64,000 nucleotides of DNA from an uncultured Gemmatimonadota bacterium (GCA_964345885.1 CAYFSW010000033.1:45584-109583), one strand, 5' to 3'. Positions 1 to 9,371 are shown, counted from the first letter of the stretch. The notes: a model not told the origin generated them from the letters alone. Made by a program: numbers and translations.

Positions 1-120
1 GGCCAGGATCTCGCCCCCGCCGTTGCCTGTCGCAAGTTGGTTAAAACGCTCCAGCTTCTGATCGATGACGGAACGATCGAGGACGGAATCGAAGATGTAA
101 ACGATCTCGTAGTCGCGCAT
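1..120 (-). CDS. rpsF: 30S ribosomal protein S6, N-terminal part (runs off window start)
   Basis: Manual translation from ATG at 120: MRDYEIVYIFDSVLDRSVIDQKLERFNQLATGNGGGEILA, a typical S6 N-terminus; SD GGAGGTG at 124-130; lies downstream of ychF. Not in the ORF track because truncated. Confidence 0.9.
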   Translation of the reverse strand, partial: MRDYEIVYIFDSVLDRSVIDQKLERFNQLATGNGGGEILA

Positions 121-194
121 CGTCACCTCCCTTTGGTCAGGGCTCGAGGCCCGAGCCCGGTGCGGCCCCACCCGGTGACTGTGGGCGGAGCAGG
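121..194 (-). promoter_or_regulatory. Candidate S6:S18 ribosomal protein leader RNA
   Basis: Minus strand reads UGCUCC (anti-SD, 187-192), CCCAC/GUGGG hairpin (181-185/167-171), CCG (163-165), GGGCUCG/CGAGCCC hairpin (140-158), then CCAAAGGGAGGUG SD before the rpsF ATG. Confidence 0.65.
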
Positions 195-230
195 TTGTCT
201 ATGAAGGCAGGTAGAACCTTGAACTCGCCA

Positions 231-259
231 AAACTACCTGAAGCGACCATTCACTTCAA
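231..259 (-). promoter_or_regulatory. Putative sigma70 promoter for rpsF
   Basis: TTGAAG (259-254), 17 nt spacer, TAGTTT (236-231). Confidence 0.45.
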
Positions 260-285
260 GCTCTGGGCCGCTGGCGGGCCTCGCC

Positions 286-1380
286 TCACGTCTGGGCACG
301 AAACAGCAGGATGTCGCCGTCCTCCACTACGTGCTCGCGGCCCTCCGCCCGCACGAGCCCTTCTTCACGTGCCGCCTTCAGCGACCCGGCGCTGACGAAT
401 TCGTCGTAGCCTACCGTCTCGGCCCGGATGAAGCCCTTCTCGAAATCGCTATGAACGACCCCGGCTGCTTGGGCGGCGAGGCTCCCGCGCCGGATCGTCC
501 ATGCCCGCACTTCCTTCTCGTTGTATGTGAAGAAGGTGATGAGACCCAGAAGCTCGTAGGTCGCCTGGACAAGACGCTGCACACCGGGCCGCTCCAACCC
601 CAGCACCTCCAGATACTCCACCCGTTCCTCGGCCTCGAGGCCGAGCAGTTCCGCCTCGAGCTGGCAGCACAGAGGTAGCACCGCGTCGGCGCCCACGGCG
701 TCCGCCAGAGCCCTCACCCGCTCGTCGCCAGCAGCGGCGGCGGACTCCGACACGTTGGCGACGTAGAGGACCGCCTTGCCCGTGAGGAGGAAAAGCGAGG
801 CGAGGACGTCACACTCCTCCTTGCTGCACTCCAGCCCACGAGCCGGTCGCCCTTCGCCCAGCCAGTCCTGCACCTTGTGAAGGAATTCCGCCTCTCCCTT
901 GGCTTCCCGGTCACCGCTGCGCGCCACTCGCTCCACGCGGTCGAGTCGCTTTTCGACCGTCTCCAGGTCGGCCAGCAACAGCTCCGTCTCTACCATCTCG
1001 ACGTCGCGCACCGGGTCGACGCTGGCCGCGGGGTGAGCGACGTTGGGATCATCGAAACAGCGGACGACGTGGATCAGTGCCTCGACCTCACGAATGTGGG
1101 CGAGGAACCGGTTGCCCAGCCCTTCCCCGCGGTGTGCGCCTTCCACCAGACCGGCGATGTCGAAAAACTCGACCACCGCAGCGACTTTTTGAGGCGGTCG
1201 CACCAGATCGTAGATGCGGTCGAGCCGCGGATCGGGAACCTCGACCACGCCTACGTTCGGGTCGATCGTCGTGAAAGGGTAGGCTTCAGCAGGTACGCTC
1301 GAGGCGGTAAGCGCGTTGAAAAGCGTGGATTTGCCGGCATTGGGCAAGCCCACTATGCCAGCGCGTAGGGTACGGCTCAT
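286..1380 (-). CDS. ychF: Redox-regulated ATPase YchF (Obg family)
   Basis: GIVGLPNAGKSTLFNALT, YPFTTIDPN, DIAGLV, GEGLGNRFL, C-terminal TGS-like VRAWT...HSDFEKGFIRAE. Confidence 0.97.
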   Translation of the reverse strand: MSRTLRAGIVGLPNAGKSTLFNALTASSVPAEAYPFTTIDPNVGVVEVPDPRLDRIYDLVRPPQKVAAVVEFFDIAGLVEGAHRGEGLGNRFLAHIREVEALIHVVRCFDDPNVAHPAASVDPVRDVEMVETELLLADLETVEKRLDRVERVARSGDREAKGEAEFLHKVQDWLGEGRPARGLECSKEECDVLASLFLLTGKAVLYVANVSESAAAAGDERVRALADAVGADAVLPLCCQLEAELLGLEAEERVEYLEVLGLERPGVQRLVQATYELLGLITFFTYNEKEVRAWTIRRGSLAAQAAGVVHSDFEKGFIRAETVGYDEFVSAGSLKAAREEGLVRAEGREHVVEDGDILLFRAQT

Positions 1381-1390
1381 GCCTTAATAT

Positions 1391-1497
1391 GAACATCGAA
1401 CATTGCACATCCAACATCGAACGCCGAAGCGACTAGTAATCGACGAACGTAGTCCCTTCAACGTTCGATGTCCGATGTCCGATGTTCAATGTTCGAC
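1391..1497. repeat. Element A: palindromic heptamer-unit repeat (GAACATC family)
   Basis: Left arm gaacatc gaacatt gcacatc caacatc gaacgcc (1391-1425); right arm cgttc gatgtcc gatgtcc gatgttc aatgttc (1462-1494) is its imperfect reverse complement. Confidence 0.85.
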
Positions 1498-1517
1498 AGA
1501 AGTACATCCGCCGCCGA

Positions 1518-3569
1518 TCAGCCTAGCGCAACAAAGAACGGCGCCAGCACCAGGCTCACCACACTCATCAGCTTGATCAGGATGTTCATCGACGGGCCCG
1601 ACGTATCTTTGAACGGGTCGCCGACCGTATCCCCGACTACCGCTGCCTTGTGCGGATCCGAGCCTTTACCACCCATGTTGCCCGCCTCGATCCACTTCTT
1701 GGCGTTGTCCCAGGCACCACCGGCATTGGCCATGTAAAGCGCCAGCAAGACGCCGGCCAACGTCGCACCGGCCAGCAGACCGCCCAGCGCTTCTACGCCC
1801 AGGAACGAGCCTACCAGAACTGGCGCGATTATCGCCGTCAAGCCGGGGACGATCATCTCGCGTAGCGCCGCACGGGTCGAGATGTCCACGCAGCGTGCGC
1901 TATCCGGCTTGGCCTCGCCGTCCATGAGACCGGGGATCTCCTTGAACTGGCGGCGCACCTCGGTCACCATCCCCGAGGCGGCGCGCCCGACCGCAGTCAT
2001 AGTCAGCGCCGCGATGACAAAGGGCAACGTGCCGCCGATCAAGAGCCCGATGACCACGACCGGGCTCACCAGGTTGATTCCGGTTTCCTGAAGGCCCACC
2101 GCGGACGAATAGGCGCTGAACAGCGCCAGCGCGGTGAGGGCGGCGGAGCCGATGGCAAAACCTTTGCCGATGGCCGCCGTGGTGTTGCCGATGGCATCGA
2201 GGCTATCGGTGATGCTGCGTACCGCTGGACCCAAGCCGCTCATCTCGCTGATTCCGCCGGCGTTGTCGGCGACCGGACCGTAAGCGTCCACCGACATCGT
2301 CACGCCGACCGTGGCCAGCATGCCGACGGCCGCGATACCGATCCCGTACAGTCCAGCAAAATGATACGCCAGCCAGATGGCGGCGCAGATGAGCAGCACC
2401 GGCACGGCGGTCGAGATCATCCCGACGGCCTGGCCGGCGATGATGTTGGTGGCCGCACCAGTCTCTGACGCCTGGGCGATCTTCCTGACCGGCTTGGCCG
2501 CCGTGTAGTACTCGGTGGACAGACCGATGAATATCCCGACCAACGAGCCGCCGAACATCGCCCAGAACGGCCCCATCGTGCCGAAGTCCGGATTGCCCGC
2601 GAACACGTCGAGCTCGGCAGTCAACCACCAGGCGGCGATCCAGAAGAGGATCGCTGCGATGTAGGTGCTATTCCGGAGCGCCGCTGCGGGATTCATCTTT
2701 TCCATCAGCTTCAGGGAGAAGACCCCGATGACGCTGGCGATCAAGCCGAACCCGACGAAGAGGACCGGCAGAGTGACCGCCGCCAGACGGTGATCGGTCA
2801 TGATCTGTACCGACGTCGCGCCGATCGCGATCGTGGCGATGATCGACCCGACATACGACTCGAATATGTCGGCGCCCATTCCGGCCACGTCGCCGACGTT
2901 GTCGCCCACGTTATCGGCGATCGTCGCCGGGTTACGAGGGTCGTCTTCGGGGATCCCCGCCTCGACCTTGCCGACCAGGTCGGCTCCTACATCGGCCGCC
3001 TTTGTGTAGATACCGCCACCGACACGAGCGAAAAGAGCGATCGAGCTCGCGCCCATTGCGAACCCCGCGATCACTTCGCTGAACAGCTTGAAGGACGAGT
3101 CGTCGGTCAGGCCGCCCGCGAAAATGAACAGTACAACGCCGATGCCGAGTAGGCCCAGGCTGCCCACCGACAGACCCATCACGGCACCACCGTTGAAGGC
3201 TACGCGTAACGCCTTACCTTGACCCGTGTCGCGCGCCGCCTCCGAGGTGCGGACATTGGCCTCCGTCGCGGCGTTCATACCGAAAAACCCGGCCATCAGC
3301 GAACAAAGAGCGCCGCCGACGTACGCCGCCGACGTCGGGAGCGAGCCGAGCGCCACGTACAACAGGAACGCGACGACGACGATGAACGGGATGAGCACCG
3401 AGTACTCGCGCTTCAGAAACGTCCTAGCGCCTTCCCGGATCCGCGATGCCAGCTCGGCCATCAACTCCGTGCCGACGGGCTGTCGTTTCAGGTAAACGTA
3501 GATAAGCGCGGCAACCACCAGCCCCAAGAGCCCCAGGGGCGCCGAAAACGTCACCGCAACGTTCGTCAT
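1518..3569 (-). CDS. hppA: Membrane-bound pyrophosphatase, K+-dependent, probably Na+-translocating
   Basis: [87 protein letters not shown]; many TM segments. Confidence 0.96.
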   Translation of the reverse strand: MTNVAVTFSAPLGLLGLVVAALIYVYLKRQPVGTELMAELASRIREGARTFLKREYSVLIPFIVVVAFLLYVALGSLPTSAAYVGGALCSLMAGFFGMNAATEANVRTSEAARDTGQGKALRVAFNGGAVMGLSVGSLGLLGIGVVLFIFAGGLTDDSSFKLFSEVIAGFAMGASSIALFARVGGGIYTKAADVGADLVGKVEAGIPEDDPRNPATIADNVGDNVGDVAGMGADIFESYVGSIIATIAIGATSVQIMTDHRLAAVTLPVLFVGFGLIASVIGVFSLKLMEKMNPAAALRNSTYIAAILFWIAAWWLTAELDVFAGNPDFGTMGPFWAMFGGSLVGIFIGLSTEYYTAAKPVRKIAQASETGAATNIIAGQAVGMISTAVPVLLICAAIWLAYHFAGLYGIGIAAVGMLATVGVTMSVDAYGPVADNAGGISEMSGLGPAVRSITDSLDAIGNTTAAIGKGFAIGSAALTALALFSAYSSAVGLQETGINLVSPVVVIGLLIGGTLPFVIAALTMTAVGRAASGMVTEVRRQFKEIPGLMDGEAKPDSARCVDISTRAALREMIVPGLTAIIAPVLVGSFLGVEALGGLLAGATLAGVLLALYMANAGGAWDNAKKWIEAGNMGGKGSDPHKAAVVGDTVGDPFKDTSGPSMNILIKLMSVVSLVLAPFFVALG

Positions 3570-3594
3570 TAGCCCTCCTCAGGTCTTTTTCCTG

Positions 3595-3693
3595 TCAACA
3601 TCCAACACCCAAAATCCGATACTTCCGAGGCTGGATATTGGGTCTCGATCGTTGACGCTTGACAAACAGGAATGGTTGGGTGTTGGGTGTTGA
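3595..3693. repeat. Element B: palindromic heptamer-unit repeat (CCAACAC/T family)
   Basis: tcaacat ccaacac ccaaaat ccgatac (3595-3622) pairs with atggttgg gtgttgg gtgttga (3672-3693), abutting the pth stop codon. Confidence 0.75.
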
Positions 3694-4281
3694 TTATTCA
3701 TCATCGCTCAAAGGCGCATTGTACCGATTCATCGCCGCCTCCACACCCTCGCGCGCCCACAACTCTACCGCCTCGCTCAGGCGCGGAAGGAGTTCGAGCA
3801 CGGCGTCCTCGTCTTCCGGGTCGTCGAACTCGGAGAGCACCCAATCCGCCAGCTCGACGCCAGCTGGCGGAGCGCCGACTCCAATCCTCAAACGTGCGTA
3901 CTCCCGAGTACCGAGCACGTCCTCGATCGACTGGAGCCCGTTGTGATTGCCCGCCGAGCCCCGAGCCCGAAAACGCGGTCGTCCCGGCTCGAGCGCGACA
4001 TCGTCCACGACGATCAGCACGTCGTGCTCGAGGTCGAGGGGCTCATACTCGAGTAGGGCGCGAACCGCTATCCCGCTCCGGTTCATGTAGGTCAGCGGTT
4101 TGATCAACCAGACCTCACCGACCTCCGACAGCTCGGCCCTGGACCGGAGCCAAAGATCCTCTTCTTGAAACGGAGTTGCGGACCAGCGGCGCTTGAGCAG
4201 ATCCACGAGCCACCAACCAACATTGTGGCGCGTGGCATCGTACCGGGCTCCCGGGTTGCCCAGTCCGACTAAGGCTTTCAG
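3694..4281 (-). CDS. pth: Peptidyl-tRNA hydrolase
   Basis: Extending the 3694..4206 ORF upstream in frame gives LKALVGLGNPGARYDATRHNVGWWLVD; also KPLTYMNRSG, DDVAL, GSAGNHNGL, RLRIGVG. Inferred start CTG at 4281. Confidence 0.95.
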   Translation of the reverse strand: MKALVGLGNPGARYDATRHNVGWWLVDLLKRRWSATPFQEEDLWLRSRAELSEVGEVWLIKPLTYMNRSGIAVRALLEYEPLDLEHDVLIVVDDVALEPGRPRFRARGSAGNHNGLQSIEDVLGTREYARLRIGVGAPPAGVELADWVLSEFDDPEDEDAVLELLPRLSEAVELWAREGVEAAMNRYNAPLSDDE

Positions 4282-4283
4282 AA

Positions 4284-4970
4284 TTATTGCCCCTCTTCCG
4301 TAGCCTCCTCCTCGGGCGGCCTGCCACGACCGACCACCTCGGGCTCGGCCTCCTCTTCGACAACGCCCTCCACCTCGACCTCCTCGGGAACCTCCTCTTC
4401 GACCTTGATGACGGCCGGCGGCACGACCGACGCGATCGTCGCCGCAGCATCAGTCAGTACCTCGACGTCCTCAGGTACTTGCAGATCGGCGACGGTGACG
4501 CTATCGCCGATCTTCATCTCCGAGATCTCGAGATCCAGCGCTTCGGGTATCTTCGACGGGATGCAGCGGACCTCGACGTCGTGCCGCAGGTGCTCCATGA
4601 TTCCGCCTTCCTTGACCCCGGGCGCAAGGCCGACCAAGCGAACGGGCACTTCGAGCTTGACCTTCTCGCCCTTGCGAACGGTCAGGAAATCGATGTGCAG
4701 CACTTCCGATCGGTACGGATGCACCTGCACCTCGCGGATCAGCACGCTTGACGTAGCACCGTCCTCTAGCTTCAGGTCGATGACCGTGCTCTCGTAGGAG
4801 CCTGTCGTGAGCAGCTTCTCGACTTGCTTGCTCTCGACCTGACAGGCCCGGGTCTCCTCTCCGTGCCCGTAGATGATGCCGGGGATGTACCCCTGACGTC
4901 GCAGCGTGCGCGCTGCACCCTTGCCCGTCTCTGTCCTCGGTTTAGCCTGCAGTGTCACTCTATTGGTCAT
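4284..4970 (-). CDS. rplY: 50S ribosomal protein L25 / Ctc
   Basis: R.ETGKGAARTLRRQGYIPGIIYGHG, VQVHPY, HIDF, acidic C-terminal tail; prs-rplY-pth order. Confidence 0.96.
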   Translation of the reverse strand: MTNRVTLQAKPRTETGKGAARTLRRQGYIPGIIYGHGEETRACQVESKQVEKLLTTGSYESTVIDLKLEDGATSSVLIREVQVHPYRSEVLHIDFLTVRKGEKVKLEVPVRLVGLAPGVKEGGIMEHLRHDVEVRCIPSKIPEALDLEISEMKIGDSVTVADLQVPEDVEVLTDAAATIASVVPPAVIKVEEEVPEEVEVEGVVEEEAEPEVVGRGRPPEEEATEEGQ

Positions 4971-5020
4971 TTGCGGTACACCTTCAGTGGCTCGCTATCG
5001 CTCACAGGTCAGCAGCGCCT

Positions 5021-5983
5021 TCACTCGAACAAGCTGCTGACGCTCTCGTTATCGTGGATGAAGTACATAGCCCGGGCCAGCAGCTTGGCGACCGAAAGGG
5101 TGCGGAGCCCGGGCCAGCGTTTTTCCTCGGGCACGAAGATCGTGTCCGTGACCGTGACTTCCTTGACCGGCAGACCCGACAGTCGCTCCACCGCCGGTCC
5201 GCTCAGCAGCGCGTGAGTGGCGCAGATGAAGATATCTTCGGCACCTTTCTCCTTCAGCGCATGCACAGCGCCCACCATCGTGCCGCCGGTGTCAATCATG
5301 TCGTCGGGGATCAGGCAGTTTTTTCCCTTGACGTCCCCGACGACGGTGGCGACTTCCGAGACATTGGGGGCCGGGCGGCGTTTGTCAATCATTGCCATCT
5401 CGCCGCCGAGCCGGCGCGCGTAGCCGCGCGCCATCTTCGCCGCGCCGACATCGCTGGCGACGACCACTAGCGGGTCGAGGTGTCGCGTCTCGTAGTGCGC
5501 CACGAAGACCGGCAATGCGTAGAGGTGGTCGACCGGGATGTCGAAGAACGCCTGCAACTGGTGCTGGTGCAGGTCGATCGACACGACACGATCCGCTCCC
5601 GCCTCGACGATCAGGTTCGCCAGCAGCTTGGCCCCGATCGCCACGCGCGGCTGGTCCTTACGGTCCTGGCGCGCGTACCCGAAGTAGGGCACGACCGCCG
5701 TGACGCGCGCTGCTGAGGCCCGCTGTGCCGCATCGATGAGGAGCAACAGCTCCATCACGTTCTCAGCCGGTGCCGAGGTCGGCTGAATGATGAAGACGTC
5801 GCGCCCGCGGACATTCTCATCGATCCTGACGAAGATCTCGCCGTCGGCGAACCGATCGATGGTTACAGAGCAGAGCGGGACTTCCAACTCGGCGGCTATC
5901 TGCTCGGCGAGCGGACGATTAGCCGTCCCCGAGAGCAGCATCATCTCACGGCTCTTGGGATCAATGGACGATGTATCGGTCAC
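5021..5983 (-). CDS. prs: Ribose-phosphate pyrophosphokinase
   Basis: FADGEIFVRIDENVRG, PYFGYARQDRK, DLHQHQLQAFFDIPVDHL, DKRR, DDMIDTGGT. Confidence 0.97.
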   Translation of the reverse strand: MTDTSSIDPKSREMMLLSGTANRPLAEQIAAELEVPLCSVTIDRFADGEIFVRIDENVRGRDVFIIQPTSAPAENVMELLLLIDAAQRASAARVTAVVPYFGYARQDRKDQPRVAIGAKLLANLIVEAGADRVVSIDLHQHQLQAFFDIPVDHLYALPVFVAHYETRHLDPLVVVASDVGAAKMARGYARRLGGEMAMIDKRRPAPNVSEVATVVGDVKGKNCLIPDDMIDTGGTMVGAVHALKEKGAEDIFICATHALLSGPAVERLSGLPVKEVTVTDTIFVPEEKRWPGLRTLSVAKLLARAMYFIHDNESVSSLFE

Positions 5984-6014
5984 AACGGAAACCCCAGCGT
6001 ATTAGAAGCCTCAG

Positions 6015-6043
6015 AAGTTATCCCGGCGCCAATTAGGCGTCAA
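6015..6043 (-). promoter_or_regulatory. Putative sigma70 promoter for the prs-rplY-pth operon
   Basis: TTGACG (6043-6038), 17 nt spacer, TAACTT (6020-6015). Confidence 0.55.
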
Positions 6044-6147
6044 CGGCCATCGGCCTCGACCAGGGCCCTCGGCGCGGCCTGGCGACCCGCTGTCGGCCGG
6101 CTCCTTGCCCCCGCCTTGTCCCACAGCCCGTCGCTGCTAACATTCCG

Positions 6148-7098
6148 GTGCCGATGGCACCTATCATCATCTTCGTGCTCGGTCTGGTCGCGCTCTACGT
6201 CGGCGCCGACCTGATGATCCGCGGAGCATCACGGCTGGCCCGTAAGCTCGGCGTCAACGCACTCGTCATCGGGCTTACGGTCGTGGCCATGGGCACATCG
6301 ATGCCCGAGCTGCTGGTCGGCGTCGTGGCCGCCGTCCGCCACAGCCCCGATATCACCATCGGCAACGTCATCGGGTCGAACATCGCCAACATCGCCCTGA
6401 TTCTGGGCATCGCTGCGCTGATTCGCCCCATCCGCGTCCAGATGCGCCTCCTTGTCCGGGAGGTGCCCCTGATGATCTTCGCTTCCCTCGCCTTCTACGT
6501 GTTTGCCTTGGACGGCAACCTCTCGCGCGGCGACGGGTTGACGCTGCTGGCCGGATTCGTCGCCTACACCCTGTATCTGCTGGAAGGCGCGCGCCGCGAG
6601 TCTCCGGCGATCGAGGTCGAGTACCAGAAATTCGTACCCGCAGGCGGAACGCTGTTCAGCCACGTTCTGCTCACCGTGGTCGGCCTCGGCACGCTGTTGG
6701 CCGGCGCTCACCTGGTGGTGACGGGTGCCTCGGAGGTGGCTCGCATGATCGGCATCTCCGAGCTCGCCATCGGGCTGACCGTCGTGGCGCTGGGGACCTC
6801 GCTGCCCGAGCTCGCCACCGCCGTGGCCGCCTCGATTCAGGACGAGGGGGACATCCTGGTGGGGAACGTGGTAGGCTCCAACGTCTTCAACCTGCTGGCG
6901 GTGCTGGGCTGCGCTTCGCTGGCTCGCCCGCTGGGCGTGCTGGAGCAGGTCATCAGAGTCGAGGCGCCGGTGATGCTGGCGGTGAGCATCCTCGTCTTGC
7001 CCTTCGTCTGGACGACGCTGCGGCTCACTCGACTGGAGGGCGGAATCCTGCTGGCAGCCTACATGGCATTCGTGGTGCTTTTGGCCCTGCCGTCCTGA
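6148..7098 (+). CDS. Calcium/sodium antiporter (YrbG-like, CaCA family)
   Basis: Duplicated alpha-repeats GLTVVAMGTSMPE...GNVIGSNIANI and GLTVVALGTSLPE...GNVVGSNVFN. Confidence 0.92.
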   Translation: MPMAPIIIFVLGLVALYVGADLMIRGASRLARKLGVNALVIGLTVVAMGTSMPELLVGVVAAVRHSPDITIGNVIGSNIANIALILGIAALIRPIRVQMRLLVREVPLMIFASLAFYVFALDGNLSRGDGLTLLAGFVAYTLYLLEGARRESPAIEVEYQKFVPAGGTLFSHVLLTVVGLGTLLAGAHLVVTGASEVARMIGISELAIGLTVVALGTSLPELATAVAASIQDEGDILVGNVVGSNVFNLLAVLGCASLARPLGVLEQVIRVEAPVMLAVSILVLPFVWTTLRLTRLEGGILLAAYMAFVVLLALPS

Positions 7099-7102
7099 GA
7101 AG

Positions 7103-7129
7103 CGAGGCCCGCGCGGTGCGGGCCCCTCG
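7103..7129. terminator. GC-rich hairpin after the antiporter, possible terminator between convergent genes
   Basis: cgaggcccgc (7103-7112) pairs imperfectly with gcgggcccctcg (7118-7129); no clear U-tract. Confidence 0.3.
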
Positions 7130-7153
7130 GTACCTGCACGCCACCCGTACGTC

Positions 7154-7350
7154 TCAGAAGGCGACCGACAAGGAGACCGCGAGGCCGTGTCTGCCGGGGA
7201 TCAAACTGACACGGATCGACTGCAGGTCCAATGGCACCCAACGGTCGGGGCCGGGGCCACTCTCAGCCCCGACGGAAGCACCGATCAGCATGCCGGCAGC
7301 GGCTCCAATACCGCCGAGAATTGCCGCGGCGGTTCCGGCTTCCACGGCCT
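7154..7350 (-). pseudogene. Probable C-terminal remnant of a glycine-zipper membrane/secreted protein
   Basis: Frame of ORF 7154..7513 ends AVEAGTAAAILGGIGAAAGMLIGASVGAESGPGPDRWVPLDLQSIRVSLIPGRHGLAVSLSVAF; the upstream part overlaps the next gene and lacks a convincing start or SD. Confidence 0.4.
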
Positions 7351-7374
7351 TCGAGTGCTCGCACCACCGTCTGC

Positions 7375-8709
7375 TCAACCCGGCATGGTTCCGTCTATCC
7401 GCCAGCCGATGACATACTGGACTTCGAGTTCGTCCGACCAGACCGAGTACATGTACCACGTGCCGCTTGCCTGATCCCGCACGAAGCGGAGTTCGGGCAC
7501 GACCGCCACCCATTCTGTGCCCGGCACTTCCACCACACCCAGGTAGCGTCCCTCTCTATCGAAAACGTCCCACTCCGGACCACCCGGCGGTCTCCCCAGT
7601 GTCCTGCGAATCCGGCTCACCTCTTCATCACTGAGCTGGCGCAGTGGCCGTACCCGCTGCACGAGGAGAGTGCCCGCAGGTCCGCAGGTGAACCGCGAAT
7701 AGACCGGGTAATAGTCCTCGAAACGGACCCTGGATTTGAAGGCCGCCGCCTGGTCGGCGGGTACGTTATATTCCGCCACCAGCTGGTCGAAGCGCTCCAT
7801 CATCACCGAACGGTCCTCCCCGGTCAGCGGCAGCCGCTCCCGCGGCAGGGTGACAACGCGCTCGATCGTTTCGCCCGCCCCGTACCAGACGGAGCGGAAC
7901 GTGTGATTGTGACCAACCACTAGACCGCTCTCGCAGAGGGCGGCGTCCACCATATCGGCGTAGTAATAACCTGTTCCTCCAGAAGGAATGCTCGTCATGT
8001 AAGTGGGGATGCGAGCCACCGTATCCAGGATCGCGCCGTGCAGATCGCGCTCCAACAGAACATCCATCGAGTCCGCTAGCCCACCTTCGGATAGCCGGAG
8101 TGGCACGTGGTAAGACAGGAGGCGCCCGGAGGGCGGCGCGTCGAGTAGCATTCCGAACCAGTGACCGTCCCTTGGCAACGTGGAGTAGTCCTCGAGCCAG
8201 GTCCCGTCCGGCGCGATTACTACCGCCCGCTGGTTACCGCGGTCGAACACGAGCATGGTGTCGCCTGGCCCGACGACCGGATAGAACAAGCCGTCACCGA
8301 ACTCGCCGGGACCCTGTCCATCCCGTCCCACCGTCAGCTCGTGCACGCCTTCCGCGGAAAAGAAGCGTAGTTCGTGCGCCATCGCGTCTGCAACGACGAT
8401 CCGACGATCGGACAGCACGGCGATACCGCTGACCCGCCCGAACTCGTACTCGGGCTCGCCCTCAAGGACGCCGATCCGCAGAACCTCGGTGAACTCCCAA
8501 CCTTCCCCCTCGCGCCACAGCGGGCTGCCTGAGTTCTCGACGATCCGGATGCCAGCACTGTCTCGCACCGTACCATCCCATCTGGTTACCGAGCCGGATT
8601 CAGCCCAACACGCGAGAACGGCCAGCACGCAGATCGCGCCGCACGCCGCTAGGGCCACCGCGCCCGGCCAATTCGTGAGACCTCGATGGGATGCGACCGG
8701 TCGTTTCAT
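7375..8709 (-). CDS. Exported 6-bladed beta-propeller (NHL/DUF5128-like) protein
   Basis: N-terminal hydrophobic segment, VRDSAGIRIVEN, blade motifs FGRVSGIAVLSDRRIVVAD and GRDGQGPGEF, WDVFDREGRYLG; SD GGAGG. Confidence 0.75.
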   Translation of the reverse strand: MKRPVASHRGLTNWPGAVALAACGAICVLAVLACWAESGSVTRWDGTVRDSAGIRIVENSGSPLWREGEGWEFTEVLRIGVLEGEPEYEFGRVSGIAVLSDRRIVVADAMAHELRFFSAEGVHELTVGRDGQGPGEFGDGLFYPVVGPGDTMLVFDRGNQRAVVIAPDGTWLEDYSTLPRDGHWFGMLLDAPPSGRLLSYHVPLRLSEGGLADSMDVLLERDLHGAILDTVARIPTYMTSIPSGGTGYYYADMVDAALCESGLVVGHNHTFRSVWYGAGETIERVVTLPRERLPLTGEDRSVMMERFDQLVAEYNVPADQAAAFKSRVRFEDYYPVYSRFTCGPAGTLLVQRVRPLRQLSDEEVSRIRRTLGRPPGGPEWDVFDREGRYLGVVEVPGTEWVAVVPELRFVRDQASGTWYMYSVWSDELEVQYVIGWRIDGTMPG

Positions 8710-9079
8710 GATCGTAACCTCCCCGATGAAACCTCGCTGCTATCGGATTCGGTGCTCAAAGTGCACTGGAACGTGCGTATCGGTGTGCTGCCAGCCTCTC
8801 CCGGTGCTCTCACTATGCGGCCGCAGCCGCTGCGAGGCAAACGAGACCGCGACTGACTATCGGTATCCCTGAACGTGTGGCCCATAAGGACCTCAAGTTG
8901 ATTATGGACGTATGCGGACACTTGCAGAAGGATCGCGTCCGGCTGGATCGGGTCGCTTACATCGAGGCGAGCGCTACCGAAACGGAACGAAAGGCAGCAG
9001 GTCTGTGACACCGATACCGTCACCCAACCCGACCTACCTCACCCCGCCCGCCAGGGGATTAGCCAGTAGTTGTGGGATA

Positions 9080-9150
9080 TTGGCCCGGGTGGGGTCGAAC
9101 CACCATTTCTGGATCCAAAGTCCAGCGTCCTGCCATTAGACGACGGGCCA
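9080..9150 (-). tRNA. tRNA-Gln(TTG), CCA not encoded
   Basis: Minus strand TGGCCCGTCGTCTAATGGCAGGACGCTGGACTTTGGATCCAGAAATGGTGGTTCGACCCCACCCGGGCCA; acceptor stem TGGCCCG/CGGGCCA, anticodon arm CTGGA-CTTTGGA-TCCAG, TTCGA T-loop. Confidence 0.95.
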
Positions 9151-9371
9151 GTCTGTACAGCCGCAATCTCTCAGAGCGCAGCCTGAGGATCAAGGCCCGG
9201 AGCGAAACCTAGAGGCCTCTCAAGGGTATGCTTAAGGGAACCCGCCGGGCTATCCACCGGTCACACCTCCCTCGAGAGTATTCCCGGGACAGAACGTTCG
9301 GGGCGGAACGCAGGGCAGACACGTGCTTGTTCTGTTAAGGGGGGGCTTGCCTTGATTGGGGAGGTCGTCGA

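Noticed and set aside
5984-6147. attL/attR duplicate of the tRNA-Gln 3' end marking an integrated element
   Set aside because: No copy of the tRNA 3' sequence is seen here and there is no integrase in the window.
8706-9023. 105-aa ORF between the beta-propeller gene and tRNA-Gln
   Set aside because: No recognisable motif or SD; left unassigned, although it could be a decayed gene.
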